From IMG/VR virus record IMGVR_UViG_3300010885_046520, positions 1 to 64,000 of that record: a stretch of DNA of 64,000 bases. The stretch is one strand, 5' to 3'. Origin of the DNA: an uncultured virus (IMG/VR IMGVR_UViG_3300010885_046520) (Duplodnaviria; Heunggongvirae; Uroviricota; Caudoviricetes). The position numbers and the translations under genes were made by a program. Shown here piece by piece: positions 8,524-18,000 of the stretch. How positions within the stretch are numbered: the stretch's first letter is position 1; each line of letters begins with the position of its first letter. The notes under the pieces were generated by a model. That model searched no databases. It was not told the DNA's origin and saw only the letters and a list, made by a program, of their open reading frames with translations.

Positions 8524-9434
8524 GCTTTATTACTGGCAATGTTCTAGAAAAATTTACAGACGATAAGCACAATATCATATATTATCCTCAAAATAATATG
8601 TTCGATCATTTGTTGGCCAACATTAATGATCACTCCTATTATATCTTTGGAGAAAGTAAAAATAATTTTCAGACCCCCAACCTGATCAACCTACCTAATA
8701 ATCTCATATCTCTGTATAATTACAATCTTTCTGTTACTAATAATATTCTTGGATACGCATCCAACAACCTAAAACATTTACATTTAAATAGCATTATTTG
8801 TACACACTCACACAGGCCCCCATATATCAAAAAAGAAGATTCTCTCTTAATGGATCAAAGACTAACAAAAGAAATAAAAGTCTTTTTTACAGAATCAAGT
8901 AAAGAATCCTGGAGAATTAGCACAGGAAATGTTATAAGGTACGGTATTCCAGAGCTATTTATTAACGAAAACCCTGTAGCAAAAAGAAAAGATGTGTTGA
9001 TTCTTAGCTTTGAAAACACACCCCATGCTAAACAAATTCAACAAATATTATTAAACAATAACTATTCTTGTGATATTATGGATTCATGCTCTATCGGTAC
9101 TCAGGATATCGTTAAAAAATTCAATGACTATAATATATGTGTGGATTTATCTGAACATAATATTATTAATCTTCTGTGCGCTATTGCTGCCGGGTGTGTG
9201 ACTATTACTATGATGCCGCAAGTACTAGCCTCAGAATATGATGATCTTGATGGTCTGATCTTTCTTGAGTCTATTAACCAAATAGGAGAAGCTATTAAGT
9301 CTGTTCTACCCACACAGGATGAAAAAAGACAACAAAATAGAGACCAAATACTAGAAAGATTTTCTTTCAACGATTTTAAAACACGGTTCAATTCTTTAAT
9401 CACCAAGGCTAACGCGGAGGCATTCATCCTATGA
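8514..9434 (+). CDS. divergent glycosyltransferase-like protein
   Basis: Lies in the GT cluster. VIRYGIP and C-terminal LLCAIAAGCVTI...ILERFSF echo the GT-B C-domain, but the catalytic glutamates are absent. Confidence 0.5.
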   Translation: MYLSFITGNVLEKFTDDKHNIIYYPQNNMFDHLLANINDHSYYIFGESKNNFQTPNLINLPNNLISLYNYNLSVTNNILGYASNNLKHLHLNSIICTHSHRPPYIKKEDSLLMDQRLTKEIKVFFTESSKESWRISTGNVIRYGIPELFINENPVAKRKDVLILSFENTPHAKQIQQILLNNNYSCDIMDSCSIGTQDIVKKFNDYNICVDLSEHNIINLLCAIAAGCVTITMMPQVLASEYDDLDGLIFLESINQIGEAIKSVLPTQDEKRQQNRDQILERFSFNDFKTRFNSLITKANAEAFIL

Positions 9435-9847
9435 TTCATCAAATTAATATTGTAGTAAACCCTGAAACAGATGCTCTTGATGGATATTCTAATCTGGAAA
9501 TTGATAATATTCCACAGGTTACTAATGGATTTGTTAATGCTATTGTTTTTACCACTATAGATAAGATTGTGCAGCAAAAACGAGATGCTGTATTTATTGA
9601 GTTGCTGAAAAAATTAACTCGCGGAGGGTCTTTAACTGTTCGATTTTTAAATCCAGAGTCCATTTGTCATAAAATCAAAAATGGATCTTGCTCGGGTTTA
9701 GCATTTTCATCAATGGTTGATAATTTAAAGTCTTCGTGGATGGAAACAGAATTTTTATCTCTAATCTCTTCTTTACCCGGATTTGAACTAATTAAACATA
9801 TTCATGAAGATGTTCACTCTATAGTTGTTATAGAAAAGAGCAAATGA
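9431..9847 (+). CDS. hypothetical protein, weak resemblance to truncated SAM methyltransferase fold
   Basis: ELLKKLTRGGSLTVRF resembles the LKPGG-x-L motif; translationally coupled to its neighbours. Confidence 0.4.
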   Translation: MIHQINIVVNPETDALDGYSNLEIDNIPQVTNGFVNAIVFTTIDKIVQQKRDAVFIELLKKLTRGGSLTVRFLNPESICHKIKNGSCSGLAFSSMVDNLKSSWMETEFLSLISSLPGFELIKHIHEDVHSIVVIEKSK

Positions 9848-10536
9848 GTAAGATAGCTTCCGTTATACTCTCATATGAAATTACTAAGGGTATGAAATCT
9901 TTTGGCCCCATAGGACTACTAAAGTCTAAGACCAATGGTAAAGAGCTAATCTTACATCAAATAGAAGGATTAGAAAAGCTATTTAAAGATACTGATATAT
10001 GTGTAGTCTCTGGTTTTGGTTATGAAAAACTAAATAAAGCTATTCCGAAAAATACCAAAATTATTTTGAACAATGAATTCCAAAATAAAAGTCATGCCTA
10101 TGCTATTAAGCTAATATTAGCACAATATAACCCAGATAACTATGATGGAGTTTTTATCATCAATAATGGAGGCATTGTTAAAGCCCAGATTCCTTCTAAA
10201 AACCTTTCATTTAATCACTCTTGGATCTTGTCCAAAAATATTAAAACAAGTCAGCAGAGCAGCAAATTCTTGGGTGCTGTCACCAATGATCAGGCATTAG
10301 TTGACTATATTTTCTATAGCGTAGGACAAAATGCTTGGTGTGAAGGCGTTTATTGGTGCAATAAAGACATTAAAAAAATATTGTCATCAATAGATAGTTA
10401 TTATGATAATATGTTTTTATTTGAAGTAATTAATAAATCGATTACGCAAAATATAAAATATAAACAGATAGTGTTGGCGGCAGATGAAGTTATAAGTATT
10501 TATGGTATGAAAGACAAACACAAAATTAAAGTATAA
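9844..10536 (+). CDS. nucleotidyltransferase-like protein (LicC/sugar-phosphate NTase fold, divergent)
   Basis: KGMKSFGPIGLLK...LILHQIE.L...ICVVSGFGYEKL...ILNNEF matches the N-terminal pattern of NTP-transferases, but the GxG-R signature is degenerate. Confidence 0.6.
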   Translation: MSKIASVILSYEITKGMKSFGPIGLLKSKTNGKELILHQIEGLEKLFKDTDICVVSGFGYEKLNKAIPKNTKIILNNEFQNKSHAYAIKLILAQYNPDNYDGVFIINNGGIVKAQIPSKNLSFNHSWILSKNIKTSQQSSKFLGAVTNDQALVDYIFYSVGQNAWCEGVYWCNKDIKKILSSIDSYYDNMFLFEVINKSITQNIKYKQIVLAADEVISIYGMKDKHKIKV

Positions 10537-10539
10537 ACT

Positions 10540-11325
10540 ATGAAAAAAACCAAAATAATAACCCATATCCCATCAGGTAACGATGAATACAGATCATTCA
10601 TTAAGAATCTGTATAATAATGATGACATTCTAGATGTTTCATCTACTAATATTCATGGTAATCTTTTTGAAATATATAGTCAATACAAACCTGATATTTT
10701 GATTCTATGTGCTAGTGAATATACTCAAGAATTTCATGATTTTATTAGTGAACATGAAAAACATTTGCAAATAGTCTTATTTATTAATGTTGCTATTACT
10801 AATATACAATTGATAGATTTTTGGAATAGTACTTCAATATTAGGAGTTGGCAGAAAAGAATATCTTGCTAAACCACTAATTAATGATAAGCTTTTTTATA
10901 ATAAGCTATATGACAGTACCATCTTTATAAAAATAGAGACTGAAAATCGAAATGATAAGATAGCTGTGCTTCTGTCCACAAACGATGAAACCAATGAAAA
11001 GATAATTGGTCCATACCTATATCCTTCCACCAAAGAGAAATTTATATTGTTTAATTCGCCAACATATAAAAAATCTCAAAATACTGGAACATTAAATGCA
11101 GCTGATACTGCTTTGGTCTTAAATACATATAAGTGTCTTATAGATCTTGATAATAGGTATGAGATCGAAGCTAAAGTTTGTTCAATAGATAATATCAATA
11201 CCGAAGGAGATCTTATAGAAAATATACAAAATTGTATTGTAAAAAATACAGATATTAATATTGAAAAATCTTCTTATGACTATTTCATTAAAAATAAGTT
11301 TCTATCTACAATTATAAAGGAATAA
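10540..11325 (+). CDS. hypothetical protein (possibly GT-B-like)
   Basis: 261-aa ORF in the operon; YKPDILIL motif is common in GT N-domains. Confidence 0.55.
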   Translation: MKKTKIITHIPSGNDEYRSFIKNLYNNDDILDVSSTNIHGNLFEIYSQYKPDILILCASEYTQEFHDFISEHEKHLQIVLFINVAITNIQLIDFWNSTSILGVGRKEYLAKPLINDKLFYNKLYDSTIFIKIETENRNDKIAVLLSTNDETNEKIIGPYLYPSTKEKFILFNSPTYKKSQNTGTLNAADTALVLNTYKCLIDLDNRYEIEAKVCSIDNINTEGDLIENIQNCIVKNTDINIEKSSYDYFIKNKFLSTIIKE

Positions 11326-11327
11326 CT

Positions 11328-11795
11328 ATGGATATAGGTTTTTATTTATTGGATGTTGAGCCAAATAATGAAACTCAAAATAAAATTATCAAAGCTATAA
11401 ATGATTTATGTAATATTTATCCATATGCTAATATTGTGTTATTCAATAATCAATTCAATAATATAGATATTGGACATAAGTATTATATATTACATATTCA
11501 ACAGGCTAAATATTTTGATGGTCTACTTTTTGTTTTTGATATTAAGAGCGCAATGCTAACACAGACTTTTCCTTCTCCCAAAAAACAAATTTTGTGCGTG
11601 TCGAATCCAGAGTGGAGTAAAAATGGATCCATTCCTCATGGATTTTGGCATAACATTTATATGAAAAATAATTTTGAACTCATTACCGATAATCAGCAAA
11701 CCTATGATTTGTGTGAAATTTGCTGGAAAAAACCTCTTAGTTTGATTGAAGATATTAATAGTAAGGAGCTTCAAAATGTCATCTCCAAAATATAA
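11328..11795 (+). CDS. hypothetical protein
   Basis: 155-aa ORF with SD AAGGA, coupled to its neighbours. Confidence 0.7.
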   Translation: MDIGFYLLDVEPNNETQNKIIKAINDLCNIYPYANIVLFNNQFNNIDIGHKYYILHIQQAKYFDGLLFVFDIKSAMLTQTFPSPKKQILCVSNPEWSKNGSIPHGFWHNIYMKNNFELITDNQQTYDLCEICWKKPLSLIEDINSKELQNVISKI

Positions 11796-12567
11796 AAAAT
11801 TGACTGATGTAGATAAAAAAGCTGTTTTACAGCAATACTATGTTAAAGAAAAACTAAGCTTTCAAGATATTGCTGAACTATATGGAACATATGCTAATCA
11901 GATAAGAAGAGATGCTAAAAAATTTGAGATACCAATTAGAGATAAAAGTGAAGCTCAAAAAAATGCTCTTACGTCAGGTAAACATAAGCATCCAACCAAA
12001 GGAATAGCTCGTAGTGAAGAAACCAAAGAAAAAATTGGTTCTGGTGTTATGGGAGCATGGAACAATCTTAGCCCAGATGAACTACAAAAAAGACAAGACA
12101 AAAGTAGACAGAATTGGGAAAAGTTAAGCGAAGAAGAAAAGGGGAATATTGTAAAGGCCGCTAATACTGCCGCGAGACTAAGTAGTAAAACTGGTTCAAA
12201 ATTAGAGAAATTCATCCTAAAAAAGCTTCTAACAGATGGATACTCTGTGGAATTACACAAAGAGCAATTGTTATCAAATACCAAGTTGCAAATTGACCTG
12301 TTCTTGCCTACAATGAACATAGCGATAGAAGTTGATGGGCCATCTCATTTTTCTCCCATATGGGGAGAGGATGCTCTAAAAAAGAATCAGAGTTATGATG
12401 AGAAGAAGAATGGACTGATTATAGGTAGAGGATTATCGTTGATTAGGATAAAGCAATGTAGAGATTTTTCTAATGCTAGAGCTAATTTAATTTACTCAAG
12501 ACTATTAGATTGTTTACAAAACAAAACATATAAGAATAATACTATAACAAACATAGGGGATGAATAA
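11776..12567 (+). CDS. free-standing endonuclease: HTH + NUMOD3-like + Vsr/DUF559-like nuclease domain
   Basis: SD AAGGAG at 11763-11768 supports a start at 11776. HTH (LSFQDIAELYG), NUMOD3-like (KGIARSEETKEKIG), and SKLE...QIDLFLP..NIAIEVDGPSH...DEKKN. Confidence 0.75.
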   Translation: MSSPKYKKLTDVDKKAVLQQYYVKEKLSFQDIAELYGTYANQIRRDAKKFEIPIRDKSEAQKNALTSGKHKHPTKGIARSEETKEKIGSGVMGAWNNLSPDELQKRQDKSRQNWEKLSEEEKGNIVKAANTAARLSSKTGSKLEKFILKKLLTDGYSVELHKEQLLSNTKLQIDLFLPTMNIAIEVDGPSHFSPIWGEDALKKNQSYDEKKNGLIIGRGLSLIRIKQCRDFSNARANLIYSRLLDCLQNKTYKNNTITNIGDE

Positions 12568-13301
12568 TGGTTAAGGAAAAGAAGGTGTCCGAAGTTGCTG
12601 TTGTTTCCGCTGAAACTGTAGAGTCAACACCAAATAAAGTCACACCTAATGATCTAGGATGGACAGATTATGTTTTAGGATTATTATCTGATGATGAAAA
12701 AATTGCTGGAAATCCTACTACTGATGGATTAAGACGCATATTTGAAGTGGCATTAAATTGTGATGTTATTGAAGCTATTACTGAAATAGTTCAGGCTCCA
12801 ACTCCAGAAAATGAAAAAAGAGCTACGGCCACGCACACCATACGCTATGTATTAAAAAGTGATTCCTCGGAGGACTCGGAAGTTAAATACCGGGCTGTAA
12901 CAGGCGCTGCCGACGTTTATTGGGGTAATTGTGACAAGATTTATCGTAACCATCCTACTGCTGTTGCAGAAACAAGAGCAGAAGGTCGTGCCTTACGAAG
13001 GGGTCTTAAACTAAGAAAAGTTGTTGCTGCTGAAGAAATTGCAAAAGATATTGAAGATCATCCAGATGAAAATTCAGTATCTAAGATCAGTGTTAATCAA
13101 ATTAATTTCATAGATGTGATTGCTCAAAGACTAAATGTTAATGTGGCTAATTTAATAAAATCACTTGCAATTACCGAAGCCAACATATATAATATCGCAC
13201 ATGAGGATGCTGTGAGCGTGATCAAGCATCTTACTTCATATCAACAAGATATGAGCAAATTAACAGATGAACTATTAGGCTATCAATCAAACTGGAAGTA
13301 A
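12567..13301 (+). CDS. putative Rad52/Sak-like ssDNA annealing protein
   Basis: AVAETRAEGRALRRGL resembles the conserved helix of Rad52/Sak-family annealases; C-terminal ISVNQINFI helical domain. Confidence 0.55.
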   Translation: MVKEKKVSEVAVVSAETVESTPNKVTPNDLGWTDYVLGLLSDDEKIAGNPTTDGLRRIFEVALNCDVIEAITEIVQAPTPENEKRATATHTIRYVLKSDSSEDSEVKYRAVTGAADVYWGNCDKIYRNHPTAVAETRAEGRALRRGLKLRKVVAAEEIAKDIEDHPDENSVSKISVNQINFIDVIAQRLNVNVANLIKSLAITEANIYNIAHEDAVSVIKHLTSYQQDMSKLTDELLGYQSNWK

Positions 13302-13305
13302 TATT

Positions 13306-13638
13306 ATGAAAGTAACTTATAAAGCAAATGACAAATTATCTTTTGAGCTAGAAGCTGCTGGACAAAAGGAGATTTTTAAAGAATTGGCCTTAATTCAGGA
13401 GATTTTCTCAGAAGAAAAGTGTGGGCTTTGTAAGAGTACTAATTTGAAGTTTATAGTTCGTAATGTCGAAGGTAACGACTATTATGAATTAAGATGTATG
13501 GACTGTGGGGCAATATTGTCCTTCGGTCAGCATAAAAAGGGTGGTACTTTATTTCCTAAGCGTAAAGATGACGAAAACAATTGGTTACCAAATAATGGTT
13601 GGCACAAATGGCAAAAAAATCCGGCAGACAAAAGTTAA
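13306..13638 (+). CDS. Zn-ribbon protein
   Basis: CGLC...CMDC. Confidence 0.7.
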   Translation: MKVTYKANDKLSFELEAAGQKEIFKELALIQEIFSEEKCGLCKSTNLKFIVRNVEGNDYYELRCMDCGAILSFGQHKKGGTLFPKRKDDENNWLPNNGWHKWQKNPADKS

Positions 13639-14579
13639 ATCATTGGTTAGATAAAACAGTTCATGAACTGCATGATTGTGGATTGTTATATAGCTGTATT
13701 TTACATACAGTTGTATTGTTAATAATGTCTCTGACATTCTTAGTACCAGAACCACTACAGACCATAAGATTAAAACTATCTTTTGATAGTGATTCTTCTT
13801 CCCTCGATATTGGCTCAGAACCGATACTAGATATTCAAACGATGGAAGACATTCCCGAGTCAGAATCAGATATTGAGTCTGATTTTAATCCAGAAAATAT
13901 TGCCGCAATCGAAAGCTCGGATATCATAGAAACTGAGAATATTCCACCTATTTTAGATTCTTTAGAACCATCCGAAAGTAATGAGATAATGGATCTGGCT
14001 ACTGAACAGCTGGATCAACAAGTGGCAATAAAAGAAGAAGTTATTCCGCCTCCACCTGCTAAAGCTGTAGCAGCTAAAACCGGAAACAAAACTACTAATA
14101 GTTCAACAAATGAAGAATCTGGTGGTAATCAATTAAGTTCTGGAGATCAGGCTATAGTTGGTGCTATGGGAGAAAGATTAAGAATGGCTGGTGCAAAGAC
14201 CGGCGATATACAGATATCTATTGGATGGAATACTATAGATGATGTTGATTTGCATGTGAAGGCAGTAAATGGTGCTGGTGTGTCTTGGATAAACTGGATG
14301 GCTCCATTTGGTGTGGATGGAGGTGAATTAGATGTTGATATGAATGCCGCACCTGATCAGCTAACAAATAGAGCTGTGGAAAATGTTTATTGGCCATTAG
14401 GTCAGTCACCACAAGCAGAATATATTGTTGGAGTACATCTATTCAGAAACCGAACAGGAGTACGCTCCGTTCCTGTTAGTGTTGTTATTAAAGTTGGAGG
14501 CAAAACTAAAGTGTTTAATGTTGACTGTGTGTCTGGTATGAACGTGACTGAGGTGACTCGATTCACGAAGGCAAACTAG
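13599..14579 (+). CDS. membrane-anchored protein with C-terminal YfaP/DUF2135-like domain
   Basis: N-terminal TM segment with S-x3-H (SCILHTVVLLIMSL), an acidic/Pro-rich linker, then ISIGW...DVDLHV...GGELDVD...VENVYW. The start codon is uncertain. Confidence 0.65.
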   Translation: MAQMAKKSGRQKLNHWLDKTVHELHDCGLLYSCILHTVVLLIMSLTFLVPEPLQTIRLKLSFDSDSSSLDIGSEPILDIQTMEDIPESESDIESDFNPENIAAIESSDIIETENIPPILDSLEPSESNEIMDLATEQLDQQVAIKEEVIPPPPAKAVAAKTGNKTTNSSTNEESGGNQLSSGDQAIVGAMGERLRMAGAKTGDIQISIGWNTIDDVDLHVKAVNGAGVSWINWMAPFGVDGGELDVDMNAAPDQLTNRAVENVYWPLGQSPQAEYIVGVHLFRNRTGVRSVPVSVVIKVGGKTKVFNVDCVSGMNVTEVTRFTKAN

Positions 14580-15054
14580 GCATAATAGGACCCCACTTAT
14601 CAGCAGGACATTTTTGATCTCTATGAGCCAGTTTATTTTGATGATTGGCATCTCTAATGACCGTACATCCACACAATAAGCAAGAGTTATCTTTAAAATA
14701 TTCACAGGTTTTGCATATTGACAACCTTTGCTCTATTTCTTCTTGAGAACACAGATTTGCTGGAGCATTCTTTACTGCATCATCATTCCTAATTGCTTCT
14801 TTTTTAATTTGATCTAATAGTATGTTATTCATATCATCAGAACTAGAAAGATGTATTGGTTTTTCTAAATTAGGATTATTGATATGATTAGCATGTATTA
14901 AGTGTTGTAAATCTTCCATTTTTTTAAAACACATTATTTTAGTATCAGGATTTTCTATTCCCATAGTTAATCCACAATACTTACATTTATAAAGCGGCTT
15001 ATTATTAAAAGTAGTTCCTAAGTTTTCTAAGTCACAGTAAGCTGTTTTATGCAT
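14563..15054 (-). CDS. Cys-rich hypothetical protein
   Basis: CKYCG and RLSICKTCEYF..CLLCGC...CPADKW; last gene of the - strand block. Confidence 0.75.
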   Translation of the reverse strand: MHKTAYCDLENLGTTFNNKPLYKCKYCGLTMGIENPDTKIMCFKKMEDLQHLIHANHINNPNLEKPIHLSSSDDMNNILLDQIKKEAIRNDDAVKNAPANLCSQEEIEQRLSICKTCEYFKDNSCLLCGCTVIRDANHQNKLAHRDQKCPADKWGPIMPSLPS

Positions 15055-15055
15055 T

Positions 15056-18000
15056 TTAGTCTTTTGTCCTTAGATCTGTTTTTTTACCCGCCCTACAACA
15101 ATAATTGGCATCATCACACACTGGAATATCGGTATTATAACATTGAGGAGTACTATCGCAATCTGCTGTTTTATATATTTCTGTAGTATTAATTGATCCT
15201 GTAGGACAAGATCCTTTAATTCTATCACATTTTGCCCTTATTACATCTGTTTTAAAAGTATCTTGTACTGTTTTTGGTCTGCGATATCTATAAGTATAAT
15301 AAGCTACTGTATATGTTGCTGTTAATTTTTCTACAGCGGGAGTATCAGTTAAAGTTGCTCTATACGTTATAGCAGGATAGCTAATATCTTTATAAAATAC
15401 TCCGGCACAATCCTCTGGTACAACTCCTTCTACAATATCGCCCACATTTAATGACCCATTATTATTACATGGAGCAATATTTCTAAAATTTTGTTCCATC
15501 TGATTTTTCCATATTTCCTTCATTCTGTTCTGAGCCACCGTATTAGATGCCGGATAAGTTATGGGAATATCACATCCTGCAACAATTGCTGTTGGATAAC
15601 GCATATTGCCTTTTACACAAATTTCTGGATCTCCCATCTTGAATGATATGCACGTACTCCAAGGAAAAGAATCTGGAGCCTCTCTACCGCATAAGCCCAT
15701 ACCGCCATTGGTATAAGTCTGAGGGCCGCAAGCAACAGCAGAACAGCCATTACAAAGTCCACAACCAATAGTCTGTACACCCATAGCGACAGGACCATCA
15801 ACATTCTTATCCGGACTGCTCAAGAAATATCCCAGCATACAAGTTCTGGTTTCGGTTATAATCTCCCATTGTTGTATTTGTGGAGGCATTGTGATTTTAT
15901 TAGGCTCAACCCCACAATTATCACAACTGCTAGATATGGAATCTGAAACTGTAAAGCTATCATCTGGTACTGTGACTTTTATAATAGGACAATTATTCCT
16001 AATTCTATGAGATACACAATGGGGTGGCCCACCAGGTAAATTAATAGTCAGTGAATTATTATCATAATTGATAGAACATAAGTTTGTAGGACAAAGTGGA
16101 TTATACGGAGTTGTTGGAGATGTAGTAACAGCATCATAAATATACCATGCTCCAGGAGCTCCGGTGTCGCATTCTATCCAAACACATTCTTCTACTGCTT
16201 CTCCTCCAATTTCTCCAATCGGACCAGCTGTTTCACCATTACCACTATAACCTCTACAAGAAGGTAGAGGGATTGTTTTACGAGCATCTGAAGTTCCATA
16301 TTTGATTTTTCTTTTGTGTCCTTTTAATGCTATTTGATATCTACAATATTCAAAATTATAATCAAATGGTTGATAATCATATTGTAAAGGACCGTCCGCA
16401 GCATCACATGCGCATCTTCCATCAGCTGAGTTCTGACAATATCCATACTCCCAATCTATACAATCGCAATGATCTTCAGTGTCCCCCATAGCCGGAGGAA
16501 AAGATCTTCCGTTTATAGCACTATAGTATAGGTTATCAGTTAAAGGATTCTTATAGCTATCTGTAAAACAAGTACCACAAGATGGTTCAGAAACTGATCT
16601 TAGACTACCAATACCCTGAGGATGCTGAATAATTCTTCCTCCTATAGCATTTTCTAAGCTTCTTCCTATTAATAGTCCATTAATACTACCTTCTGCGTAG
16701 CAACCAGAAAAAACTCCTCTTGAGTATCTTCCATATTTTATTGTTCTTGATGTGCTTGTTAATTGTTTACAATCAGGACCCATCAGGTCTTTTACTGAAT
16801 ATCCAATACCTAGGTTAGTACATAAAAATTCTGGGGTATCAAGTATTATAGTACCTAAACATCCGTTTGATGGCCTATATTGTACTACATATCCAGGAGG
16901 AGACCCATAGTCTGGATTGCACGTGGGATCAGGCATACCTGGTCTCCATGAACCAAGATTACATGATTTCTCACTACCCCAGTATGGCAGTTTGAGATCC
17001 TCTCTTGTTACACCATCACATTTAAAGGTATTATACAATACTCCTTTTGGATGTGCTGACATAAAGCTCACACTATGAGAAGCTATTTCTTGACATTGTG
17101 TTAAAAGAGTATATTTTGTAGTGCTCGTATCACTTAATTTTTGATCAGATACTGCTAAACTATGACTAGTAACATATTCTGTGTGAATAACACTCTCTAT
17201 AGTTTGACCATCTATATCTACTACTATTTTAATTTTACCATCACCACTTCTGACTGAAATAGTCATATTCTTATTTCCAATAGTGACTGATACAGATTTG
17301 CCTACTATCAGTTTACCTTGAATAGATAATGATCCATTAATTTTTCTATTAGGAGGAATCGCTGTTTTATCTAAATTGTATGGAATATTTTTGTAAATAT
17401 CTTTTGCTTCTATTTTCGGATCGGTATATTTAATTAAATCGTTAAATTTAATAGTTTGAGTGGTGTGGTCATCTATTGTTTTTAAATTAATTTTTTGTTT
17501 TTGTCCGTACCTCATACGAAATAAAATTTCATTAGCAAAGATATCTGTTTTTTTAACTATTTCTGTATGGTCATCTACTATACTATCTCTCATAATAGAT
17601 TGATATTCTTCATTTAGTACAGAGATCCTACTGATAGTTGGTCTTGGAGAAATATCTTTATTACAGTTAGTAGCTGGATATAGTGTATTATTAGGATTTA
17701 ATTCTAGTCTTTGTATATAATATAGTTGGTGATTTCCTATAGGATTATATATTCCAGCATCATAAGATATAATATATGGAATATCATTAAGCTCCTGAGG
17801 AAGAGATTTCATCTTAGGCATTTGAATATGGTATATACCACTAAAAGATACAGCCCCAATAGTATTAATGCCACAAGCTGCGCTACCACATCCTTCTACT
17901 CTATCTGTGTCCCCATAAACTGGCATTTTAATAAAGGGGGTGCCTGTGTATGGTGTTTTTTGAAAATGACCAAAATCAAATGTTATCGGAGGGAAAGTTA

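Noticed and set aside
14563..14579. 17-nt convergent overlap of the two transcription blocks as an antisense control element
   Set aside because: Short tail-to-tail overlaps are common in compact phage genomes, and no further structure is visible.
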